Virus record (IMG/VR): IMGVR_UViG_3300050020_000061 | DNA: 64,000 nt | Origin: a virus | Strand: one strand, 5' to 3' | Program-made: the position numbers and the translations under genes | Notes under the pieces: generated by a model | What the model was told of the DNA's origin: nothing | Database searches by the model: none | The model's input: only the letters and a program-made list of their open reading frames with translations | Part shown: positions 33,426 to 40,223 of the stretch, piece after piece | How positions within the stretch are numbered: the first letter of the stretch is position 1 | Layout: every line of letters starts with the position of its first letter

Positions 33426-33982
33426 CCCGCCGCATCGTCGTCCCCTGCAACCCAGAGGGGACACCCTACCGTCGCCACCGCTGGCAGTGGCGGGACGTCT
33501 ACGGGGATCCCGAGCATCCCGTCAAGGACCGCTGGTGCGAACGCTGCGGGAACTGGTGGCTCGACGTTCTCGAGGACGTCATCCTGCCAACCAACACCAC
33601 CGCCGAGTTCACGCTGGCCGAGGGCACGGCCGAGTCCTTCGAGCCCCTCGACAACGGCCTCCCGGGGTTCCGGCTGGCTGGCATGCGAGACGTGCAGGGG
33701 ACCTTCGAGGGGAAGCTCAACGACGGAGCGTTCGCCGCGATGAACCCCGGCCCCATCGAGGTCTTCCTCTACGGCCCCGCCATCCTCCCGTGGTGGAAGC
33801 ACTGGTTCTACCGCCTGCGGGAGAACCTCAGGGGCACTCCCTATCCATCAGTCCTGATCGCCAAGGGCCCCGCCACCTTCAACATCGAGTCAGAGGTCGA
33901 CGACGGAGGCGACGTCGTGATCTCAGGTACGTTCACCAAGACAGGCAAGTGGTCCATCGACAAGGAGGTCAACACCAAGTGA
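33422..33982 (+). CDS. hypothetical protein with a C-terminal region resembling the two tail-tube proteins
   Basis: GMRDVQGTFEGKLNDG vs GLRDVSGTFAGILDV and GLKDISGTFAGLLDV. ISGTFTKTGKW vs TTGNFKAAGAW. The N-terminus has a Cys/Trp-rich extension (CNPEG...CERCGNWW). Confidence 0.5.
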   Translation: MTRRIVVPCNPEGTPYRRHRWQWRDVYGDPEHPVKDRWCERCGNWWLDVLEDVILPTNTTAEFTLAEGTAESFEPLDNGLPGFRLAGMRDVQGTFEGKLNDGAFAAMNPGPIEVFLYGPAILPWWKHWFYRLRENLRGTPYPSVLIAKGPATFNIESEVDDGGDVVISGTFTKTGKWSIDKEVNTK

Positions 33983-34320
33983 AGGTCATCACGATCCAGA
34001 TCAGCGTCCCTGACGGAGTCGAGGTGCGCGTCAACGGGACAGGTCAGGCAGCAGCCCAGCCGCAGCGCCCCTTCGTCCCTCAGGCTGACCCGGCCTACCC
34101 GGGCGGCGTCTGCCCCGAGCACGGCGAGGAGTGGAAGCTCGTCCCCTCCGGTATCAGCAAGACGAAGGTCGACGCCAACGGCAACCCGAAGCGGTACAAC
34201 GCCTTCTGGACGTGCCCAGCGCAGGGCTGCACCCAGAAGCCCCAGAAGGCCAGCGTGGTCGAGGACGTCACCGGGTTCAACGACACCGGGTTCTCCGACG
34301 CGGATGGAATGCCCTTCTGA
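33979..34320 (+). CDS. small Cys-containing protein ending in an SSB-like acidic tip (DADGMPF)
   Basis: GTG 33979 after AAGGAGGTCAACACCAA. CPEHG...CPAQGC. C-terminus ...GFNDTGFSDADGMPF-stop. Confidence 0.55.
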   Translation: MKVITIQISVPDGVEVRVNGTGQAAAQPQRPFVPQADPAYPGGVCPEHGEEWKLVPSGISKTKVDANGNPKRYNAFWTCPAQGCTQKPQKASVVEDVTGFNDTGFSDADGMPF

Positions 34321-34322
34321 CC

Positions 34323-34517
34323 ATGCTCCGCTACTTCGTCACCTTCCCGGCTGGGGTCCGCATCCCGCGTGAACAGTTCGAGATGTTCGCCATGTACCTC
34401 AAGGACGCGGCGAACGCTCGGGAGTGGAAGGACATCGTGACGAGCGAGGGAGCGATCCTCCACGACGTCCGCCACCCCCGGGTGAAGCCCAAGTTCAACC
34501 AGATGCCCGTACGATGA
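34323..34517 (+). CDS. hypothetical small protein (64 aa)
   Basis: I trimmed the start to ATG 34323. Confidence 0.45.
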   Translation: MLRYFVTFPAGVRIPREQFEMFAMYLKDAANAREWKDIVTSEGAILHDVRHPRVKPKFNQMPVR

Positions 34518-34981
34518 AGATCGTGATCGCTGGCTCCCGCAAGCTGCCTGAGGGCAAGGCCCCGTTCATGTTGATCAGGTTCCTCGGGGCCCTGCCGGAT
34601 GATGCGGTCGTCATGCTCCGCTGCCCCTACACGGAGGGCAGGTTGCCGGGGGCCTTCGAGAAGGACGTCGACGCCCTGTGCGATGCCCTCAACATCCCGG
34701 TCGAGTGGCACGCCCCCGAGCCCACGATCCTCAACCCCGGCAGGGCATCCGTCTACATCCGCGACATCGACATGGTCGCCAAGGCTGACCTCGTCCTCCT
34801 GTTCTTCACGACAGAGGACGCCCTCTACGGCTACAGCGGCACCACCCACCTGCAGGACAAGGCCCTCGACCAGAACATCCCGATGTATGCCTACCGGGTC
34901 GAGAACGACGGCCGCGTCGAGCGGGTGGGAGAGCACGACCCCGAGAACGCCTTCGGGGATCTGGTGCCAGCAGCCTCTTGA
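34514..34981 (+). CDS. SLOG-fold / DUF2493-like protein
   Basis: MKIVIAGSRKL start and ...YIRDIDMVAKADLVLLFF resemble the DUF2493 (YspA-type SLOG) pattern. Motif-level call only. Confidence 0.45.
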   Translation: MKIVIAGSRKLPEGKAPFMLIRFLGALPDDAVVMLRCPYTEGRLPGAFEKDVDALCDALNIPVEWHAPEPTILNPGRASVYIRDIDMVAKADLVLLFFTTEDALYGYSGTTHLQDKALDQNIPMYAYRVENDGRVERVGEHDPENAFGDLVPAAS

Positions 34982-35007
34982 CAGGTGGCGAGAAACGCCA
35001 CTAGCAT
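34978..35007 (+). promoter_or_regulatory. promoter candidate for the tRNA cluster
   Basis: TTGACA (34978-34983), 18-nt spacer, TAGCAT (35002-35007). The spacer is itself a hairpin: GTGGCG-agaaa-CGCCAC. Confidence 0.5.
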
Positions 35008-35045
35008 TCGAGACTCGCGTGGACGTCTTCTAACGGGACAGGATG

Positions 35046-35095
35046 GCGGTCTCCAAAACCGCCCGACGAGGGTTCGAGTCCCTCCGGCCGCGCCA
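35046..35095 (+). tRNA. tRNA-Trp(CCA)-like 3' portion (anticodon arm to CCA); I could not find a 5' acceptor strand or D-arm
   Basis: GCGGT-CTCCAAA-ACCGC anticodon arm, 5-nt variable loop, GAGGG-TTCGAGT-CCCTC T-arm, CGGCCGC-G-CCA. Upstream sequence has no GCGGCCG-type partner and no D-stem. Confidence 0.5.
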
Positions 35096-35361
35096 ACAGT
35101 GACGTCGAGGCCGTTCGAGGCCAATGATCCGGGGTAGGTGCCTAGCGCACAGGAACCATTGACCCGCTGGTGCATCAGCGGGCGGTGCGCCCGTGTGTAT
35201 AGCCGGAGCAAGGGGCACCAAGCGCGGCCGACGGGAGAGAGTCGCGCACAAAGCAGGGCTTCATTGAACGACTCAGCGGTGAGACGCCGTGAACATGCCG
35301 GGTGCGCTTGCGATGAGCAACCTCCCCGGCTCTGTGGCTGGTCCGCAGCCCTGCTCTTCAG

Positions 35362-35438
35362 GCCGAGGTGATGCAACTGGCAGACATCGGGTCCTCAAAC
35401 CTCCCGTCATGCGAGTTCGAGTCTCGCTCTCGGCACCA
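35362..35438 (+). tRNA. tRNA-like gene with a canonical acceptor, D- and T-arm but a weak anticodon stem; the loop reads CU-CAA-AC
   Basis: GCCGAGG/TCTCGGC acceptor (one G-U), T-arm GCGAG-TTCGAGT-CTCGC, A73, encoded CCA. The anticodon stem has only 3 Watson-Crick pairs plus U-U and C-C. There is no long variable arm, although CAA would be a Leu anticodon. Confidence 0.5.
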
Positions 35439-35440
35439 CC

Positions 35441-35515
35441 GCCAAGGAAGCTCAATGGACGAGCAACCGGCTTCTAACCGGCAGGCTGCGGGTTCGACCC
35501 CCGCCCTTGGCACCA
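35441..35515 (+). tRNA. tRNA-Arg(UCU)
   Basis: Full cloverleaf folded by hand: GCCAAGG/CCTTGGC acceptor, GCTC/GAGC D-stem, ACCGG-CTTCTAA-CCGGC anticodon arm, GCGGG-TTCGACC-CCCGC T-arm, A73, CCA. Confidence 0.8.
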
Positions 35516-35607
35516 TTCAGGGGCGCTACCGGCCAGAGAGGACGCTCACTGCTCAGCCCCGGTACTGGCTGTAGTTTGTCAGCCCGCCCCACACAGAAGA
35601 AGGAACC

Positions 35608-36219
35608 ATGAAGACCTACATCAACGTGATCCTCGACAAGAGCGGCTCCATGCAGAGCGTGCTCACCGACACCATCGGCGGGTACAACGCGTGGCTCGAA
35701 AAGCAGAAGGAGGCGAAGGGAAAGCAGTCCCTCGTCCTGACGCTGTTCGACACCATTACCGAGACGCGTGAGTACGCGGACCTCGACAGCGCCCCCAGCC
35801 TGACCAAGTCGACCTACGTGCCGGGGGGCATGACCGCCCTGCTCGACGCCATCGGGAACACGATCAAGAAGGTCTCGGCCAAGGCCAAGAAGGTTCTCGT
35901 CGTGATCATCACGGATGGCTTCGAGAACAGCTCCCATGAGTACACGCGGGAGGCGATCAAGGAGCTGATCAAGGAGCGCGAGCTGGAAGGCTGGACGTTC
36001 GCCTACATCGGCGCTTCGCAGGGTGGCTTCGCTGAAGCGGGCCAGCTCGGCATCAGCCTCCGCAGCCACTACGTCCCGAGCGGGCTCGGCACGCGCTCCG
36101 CGTTCATGAACCTGAGCGGATCGACCATGGCCTACTCTGCAGCCCCTGACGCGCTCACGGGCAACGCGGCCGTCGCCTCGAACACGGTCGAGAACATCCC
36201 CGAGAACGCCACTTCCTGA
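35608..36219 (+). CDS. von Willebrand factor type A (vWA) domain protein
   Basis: MIDAS motif ILDKSGSM, then ...GGMTALLDAIG... and VVIITDGFENSS. Confidence 0.7.
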   Translation: MKTYINVILDKSGSMQSVLTDTIGGYNAWLEKQKEAKGKQSLVLTLFDTITETREYADLDSAPSLTKSTYVPGGMTALLDAIGNTIKKVSAKAKKVLVVIITDGFENSSHEYTREAIKELIKERELEGWTFAYIGASQGGFAEAGQLGISLRSHYVPSGLGTRSAFMNLSGSTMAYSAAPDALTGNAAVASNTVENIPENATS

Positions 36220-36416
36220 TGGTCAGGATCAAGGCCCGCAAGATGCCAGTCGAGACGGCAGGGCACCCTTGGCTACCAGCCGGGGGTGCTCCTTCTTTGC
36301 CAGCCGCTGACCCTGACTGGTTCTGCTACCCCTGCGGGAGCCGCACCCCTGTCGTACGAGAGGACGGCTCCCTGTATTGCGGGACCTGTCATCCTCTCGC
36401 GGTGAGGCAGCCATGA
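36219..36416 (+). CDS. small zinc-ribbon protein (65 aa)
   Basis: CYPCG...CGTCH. ATG overlaps the upstream TGA. Confidence 0.5.
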   Translation: MVRIKARKMPVETAGHPWLPAGGAPSLPAADPDWFCYPCGSRTPVVREDGSLYCGTCHPLAVRQP

Positions 36417-36850
36417 AGCAGTACTACTCAGAGACCGTGCTCGCCCAGACCGCTCACTGGGCCCAGTGGTTCTCGGCAGACTGGCGGCAAGAAGTCCCGA
36501 CGCGGATCCACTCGTCGGATGTAGCTGCAGACGGGACGCCGGAGTGGCACCCCGACTTCGCCAAGTGGATCACCCGCGACGAACCTCGAAGGCGCAATGA
36601 TGACCAGCGCCTCCGCACCACCAAGGTCATGCGTCGACTCCGGCGCTTGGCCGTCCGTGAGTACGAAGTCGCGTTCCGCGTCCTCGTCCACGGCGAACGC
36701 TTGGAGGAGACGACGCGATGGCTCAACGAGAGAGCCCAGCGGAACGGGATCCCCTTCCCACCGTACAGACCCGCTGGTCCCCACTATGTCGAGAAAGACG
36801 CACTGGCGCTGTTCATCTGCGCCATCGACTACGCGAGGCAGTGCTGGTAG
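36413..36850 (+). CDS. possible DNA-binding regulator (sigma region-4-like HTH)
   Basis: I trimmed the start to ATG 36413. RRLAVREYEVAFRVLVHGERLEETTRWLNERA resembles an ECF sigma region 4 / LuxR-type HTH. Weak call. Confidence 0.3.
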   Translation: MKQYYSETVLAQTAHWAQWFSADWRQEVPTRIHSSDVAADGTPEWHPDFAKWITRDEPRRRNDDQRLRTTKVMRRLRRLAVREYEVAFRVLVHGERLEETTRWLNERAQRNGIPFPPYRPAGPHYVEKDALALFICAIDYARQCW

Positions 36851-37446
36851 TCGCAGGCACCATCGGGCTGGCCCTGCTCCTCACCCCTCAGGCCGCGAGC
36901 GAGCCTCCGGCCACCTCAAGCCCGATCCCCGCCTCCCTGTTCACACGGGTGGAGGCACCAGCCCTTCCTCTTCCAACGCCCGGGACATCGACCACCACGG
37001 CCAGTCCGGTGCGAGACCAGCCTGAGACTCCTCGGGCGGCTGCGACAGCTCCACCGCCAACCGCACGGCCCACACTGCGACCACGCCCAGCAGCGACAGC
37101 ACGACCAGCCACCTTCTCACCACCAACCTCCGTGACCAAGGGTGACTTCTCTGCGGCCATCCTCGCGGCTCGACAATACGCCCTCACTGCCATCGGCAGC
37201 ACCCAGTTCGCGTGCCTCGACGCCATCGTCCAGAGGGAGTCACGCTGGAACCCCGTCGACCTCAACCGGTCGAGTGGAGCGTATGGCCTGCCGCAGGCTG
37301 TACCGGGCAGCAAGATGGCCTCGGCCGGAGCTGACTGGGAGACCAACCCCACCACCCAGTTGAAGTGGATGCTGGGCTACGTCCACGGCCGCTACGGCTC
37401 GGCCTGTGGTGCCCTCCAGCACTCCAACGCCACGGGGTGGTACTAG
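36841..37446 (+). CDS. secreted lysozyme-like (SLT/transglycosylase-type) protein with a Pro-rich linker
   Basis: GTG 36841. Signal/TM segment VLVVAGTIGLALLLTPQAASE, Pro/Thr/Ala linker, then CLDAIVQRESRWNPVDLNRSSGAYGLPQAVPGSKM...NPTTQLKWMLGYVHGRYGS. Confidence 0.6.
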   Translation: MLVVAGTIGLALLLTPQAASEPPATSSPIPASLFTRVEAPALPLPTPGTSTTTASPVRDQPETPRAAATAPPPTARPTLRPRPAATARPATFSPPTSVTKGDFSAAILAARQYALTAIGSTQFACLDAIVQRESRWNPVDLNRSSGAYGLPQAVPGSKMASAGADWETNPTTQLKWMLGYVHGRYGSACGALQHSNATGWY

Positions 37447-37645
37447 GCGCGGCTCACGAGGGGAACGCCCGTCTGGGGCCGTCCTGTGGGCTCTGGAGGG
37501 CAAAGAAGAACCCGGCCCCTCTGCTGAGTGGGACCCTTGCGGGTCTGCCTCTGCGGAGTGACCGGGTTTCATCTGTCCCGAGTTATCAGCGGGGCAACCT
37601 TGCGGCTACCGTGCCTTTCCCCTCGGGAGCCTGCGTAATCTAGCC

Positions 37646-37663
37646 GACGGCCACGAGGCCGTC
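37646..37663. terminator. hairpin between the convergent ends of the rightward and late-leftward blocks
   Basis: GACGGCC-acga-GGCCGTC, 12 nt from the stop of the last minus-strand gene. No clear U-tract on either strand. Confidence 0.4.
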
Positions 37664-37674
37664 AACTAGTACTT

Positions 37675-38070
37675 TCAGGCGGTGGGCGTGACCGGCTGGA
37701 CCGTCGGCGCGACCGCAGCGGCGGTCTGGTCGAAGGCCGCGTCGGCTGCCGTGACGGTCGTCGTCAGGGCGTCGATGGTGGCCTGATCGACCTGACCCGC
37801 CACGAGCGCGTCGACCTGCGTCTTGAGGTCGGCGAGCTGCGTGCCGAGGGCGGTGAAGGCGGCCATGACGGCTGCCTGATCGGTCGTCGAGTCCGTGCCG
37901 AGGTTGTCGACGGCTGCCTGAAGTGCGCTGAGATCCGCCATGATCTTCTCCTGCTGTTCCATGTTGAGGTCCGCGTGGACCCCGAGGGCGATGAGGAGAT
38001 GGAGTTCTACGTGCTCCATCCCGATGAGCTGGTCGATGGGCCGGGTCCACGGCCGTGATCGTTCGTTCAT
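37675..38070 (-). CDS. hypothetical coiled-coil protein (131 aa), last gene of the late block
   Basis: I trimmed the start to ATG 38070 (GGGAGG 4 nt upstream). Ala/Thr/Asp/Gln-rich helical repeats. Confidence 0.5.
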   Translation of the reverse strand: MNERSRPWTRPIDQLIGMEHVELHLLIALGVHADLNMEQQEKIMADLSALQAAVDNLGTDSTTDQAAVMAAFTALGTQLADLKTQVDALVAGQVDQATIDALTTTVTAADAAFDQTAAAVAPTVQPVTPTA

Positions 38071-38097
38071 AGCGCCTCCCATGCTACACCCGCCCTG

Positions 38098-38724
38098 CTA
38101 CGACCCGACTGCTCGAGCTACGGGTTCAGAGAGATGGATGATCAGGGTGATCAGGCCCAGCACGCTGGCGATGATACTGAACACCATCCCTACGGCGAGG
38201 CCGATCTTCCACCTCCGGCTGGCCCTCGAGTTCTCGGAGGCAATGTTCGCCGCCGTCGTCAACTTCTCGGTCGCCGACTCGTGGCCCTTCCGCTCCGCGT
38301 CTGTCTCTCGGAACCCCTCGGTCCCCGAGACATTGATGTCCTTCAGCTCGCGGTCCAGCCGGTCGGACAGCGCGTTGTGGGACGCCTGAAACTTGTCGGT
38401 GAGCGCCTTGTTCAGGCTGTCCTCTCGGATCCGAGCTTCCTTGACGAAGGTGTCGTACTCGTTCCTGCTCACGCTCTCGGCGTTGCGCTGACGCTCGAGT
38501 TCGTGAGCGTGGTTCAGATCGCTGAGTCGCCGCTCGTACTCGTTGAACTGGATGTCGCGGGCTTTCTCGACTGCGCTTTCCTCCTGCGTACGCAGCTCGC
38601 GTTCGTGCTGGTCGAAGACGCTCCGCAGCTCGCGCTCATGATCGAAGGCGACCTTCTCGGCTTCGCGGAGTTCACGCTCATGGGCGATCCTCTCCGCGAG
38701 GACGAGATGCTTGGCCCTGCTCAC
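38098..38724 (-). CDS. tail-anchored coiled-coil membrane protein (lysis-cassette position)
   Basis: Long charged helical region (ERELR repeats) and a C-terminal TM segment WKIGLAVGMVFSIIASVLGLITLIIHL. Confidence 0.55.
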   Translation of the reverse strand: MSRAKHLVLAERIAHERELREAEKVAFDHERELRSVFDQHERELRTQEESAVEKARDIQFNEYERRLSDLNHAHELERQRNAESVSRNEYDTFVKEARIREDSLNKALTDKFQASHNALSDRLDRELKDINVSGTEGFRETDAERKGHESATEKLTTAANIASENSRASRRWKIGLAVGMVFSIIASVLGLITLIIHLSEPVARAVGS

Positions 38725-38924
38725 ATGCGGCGCTTCTTCGGCCGAGCAGAGAGCAACTCACTACCACAGTTGGGGCAGGCGATCATCTTGACCCCCGGCA
38801 GCTTGAGCCACCCGAAGCCACACTCTGGCTTCGGGCAGCGCATCGGCAGGCCGTAGTCCTGTGAGGAGATGTGCGGCCTGTCGAGGTAGTTGGAGACGTG
38901 GCGGCCTCCGCCGCCCGCGCTCAC
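38721..38924 (-). CDS. small zinc-ribbon protein (start uncertain)
   Basis: CPKPECG...CPNCG. No convincing RBS for either candidate start. Confidence 0.35.
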   Translation of the reverse strand: MSAGGGGRHVSNYLDRPHISSQDYGLPMRCPKPECGFGWLKLPGVKMIACPNCGSELLSARPKKRRM

Positions 38925-38955
38925 GTCAGGAGAGGGAGGCGCACCCCGTAGGTGC

Positions 38956-39291
38956 TCACTTGGCCGTGGCGACGAAGGAACCAGTCACCTTCTGGATCAG
39001 TGTTGCGACCTCGCCAGCGAGTGCAGCCACCGCGCCTGCGATGTACGCAGCTTCAAGTGCGGTCTTGGCTGCGCCGTCGGTCACGAAGTAGGAAGCGATC
39101 CCGAGACCCGCCAGAGGGATGACCTTCTGGAGAACGGTCGAGTCGAGGATCTGGGGAAGCTTGCCCCAGTCGAAGACGCCCTGCTGGATGGAGCGGTACA
39201 CGCCCAACAGCAAGTCCACGATGGTGATGACGAGCAGGGCGTAGAGCGGAGCGACCAGAGGGTTGTTCAGGAAGTCCGTGATCTGTGTCAC
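38956..39291 (-). CDS. holin (three predicted transmembrane segments)
   Basis: GTG 39291 after AGAGGTG. LVAPLYALLVITIVDLLLGVY, VIPLAGLGIASYFV, AAYIAGAVAALAGEVATLI. DLLLGVYRSIQQGVFDW resembles phage_holin_4-type holins. Confidence 0.6.
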   Translation of the reverse strand: MTQITDFLNNPLVAPLYALLVITIVDLLLGVYRSIQQGVFDWGKLPQILDSTVLQKVIPLAGLGIASYFVTDGAAKTALEAAYIAGAVAALAGEVATLIQKVTGSFVATAK

Positions 39292-39343
39292 GAGTGGGCA
39301 CCTCTTATGGAGCTGCCCCTCCCGAGTGCCGCCTGACGACAGG

Positions 39344-39829
39344 CTACACCATCCGCCACGTCAAACGAAGGTCAACGCCACGGATTGTCGCTCGAGCCAC
39401 TCCGAACCGACGAGCCAGATCGCCTCGCTTGGCCCCCTGTGCCAGCTCGCTCCTGATCTGGAGAACTCCCTCTCGCGTCAACTTCGTCGTCTCGTGACCT
39501 GACCCGCTGGCGATGTAGCCGCGCCGCCGTCCCTTCTCCATCATGTCGCGAGCGTTGTCCTTGGCGGTCCCGAGCCAGAGGTGAGCCGGGTTGCAGCACG
39601 GCGGGTTGTCGCAGTGATGGAGCACGAGCATGCCGATGGGGATGGGGCCGAAGACGATCTCCCACACGTACCGATGGGCACGAACGCAACGCGGGTGGCC
39701 GGGGTTGAACAGGCCGTAGCCCTTGGCGCTTCTGGCCGCCATCCACGGCCAGCACTCGTCAGGCCCCCTGAGTCCGTCTGCCCCGAAGCAGTCAACCTTG
39801 CTCCAGAAGCGTTGCGTTGTTGCCGTCAA
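39344..39829 (-). CDS. HNH homing endonuclease (HNH_3-type) with C-terminal HTH
   Basis: TTG 39829 after GGGAGGAC. ECWPWMAARSAKGYGLF...RAHRYVWEIVFGPIP...VLHHCDNPPCCNPAHLWLGTAKDN. C-terminal HTH RGDLARRFGVARATI. Confidence 0.8.
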   Translation of the reverse strand: MTATTQRFWSKVDCFGADGLRGPDECWPWMAARSAKGYGLFNPGHPRCVRAHRYVWEIVFGPIPIGMLVLHHCDNPPCCNPAHLWLGTAKDNARDMMEKGRRRGYIASGSGHETTKLTREGVLQIRSELAQGAKRGDLARRFGVARATIRGVDLRLTWRMV

Positions 39830-40223
39830 GTGATTGTCCTCCCGGTGCCACCGGGGACACGATAGCACGCGATCCGGGCGTCAAGCTCCCATTCAACACC
39901 CTCTCCGCGAACTTCTCCTTGGGGTAGCCCCTCGCGAAGAGGAAGTGGTACTCCTCGTCCGTCAGCCCTGAGATGGTCATCCACGCCCGCGCTGCCCAGA
40001 ACGGCTCGTCACCCAGTCGGGCGATGCCGATCCAACGCATGGTCGGGCCCAGTACGGGCAGGAGGTCGCGCAGGGCCACGTAGGCCCACTCGCACGGGAT
40101 CTGGTGGGGGTCCTCCCCGAACTCGTGGGCGTAGGCGAAGTCGATAGCCGGGTCGCACGAGATGTACTGCTTGAAGTGGTCAGCGAACTCGGCGAACGTA
40201 CCGAACTCTGGTCCGAACATCAC
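39792..40223 (-). CDS. hypothetical protein (143 aa); its 3' end overlaps the HNH gene start
   Basis: ATGA coupling to the upstream gene. The C-terminal about 25 residues look low-complexity and may be altered by the HNH insertion. Confidence 0.5.
   Translation of the reverse strand: MMFGPEFGTFAEFADHFKQYISCDPAIDFAYAHEFGEDPHQIPCEWAYVALRDLLPVLGPTMRWIGIARLGDEPFWAARAWMTISGLTDEEYHFLFARGYPKEKFAERVLNGSLTPGSRAIVSPVAPGGQSLDGNNATLLEQG

Noticed and set aside
35046-35095. The tRNA-Trp 3' half as an attP core, or evidence that this is an integrated prophage.
   Set aside because: No integrase, excisionase or repressor gene is recognisable anywhere in the window, and the flanking genes (SLOG-like, vWA) are not recombinases. 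The idea stays possible only if an integrase lies outside the window.
35085-35230. A circularly permuted tRNA-Trp, with the 3' half at 35046-35095 and a 5' half starting at the complementary GCGGCCG at 35224.
   Set aside because: The sequence after 35230 (ACGGGAGAGAGTCGCGC...) does not fold into a D-arm, and the two pieces are about 130 nt apart. A 7-mer match in GC-rich DNA is weak evidence. It is mentioned in the findings only as something for software to test.
35030-35477. Small ORFs across the tRNA cluster: 35030-35251 (-), 35138-35371 (+), 35273-35455 (-) and 35289-35477 (+).
   Set aside because: They overlap tRNA structures, lack ribosome-binding sites, and have implausible Arg/Cys/Pro-rich sequences.
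37447-37645. A possible small RNA or riboswitch in the 200-nt convergent intergenic region, for example the long-range pairing AACCCGG ... CCGGGTT around 37509-37567.
   Set aside because: I can see only generic GC-rich hairpins and recognise no family signature. Most likely these are transcript 3' ends of the two convergent blocks. An Rfam scan would be worthwhile, but I am not reporting it as a feature.
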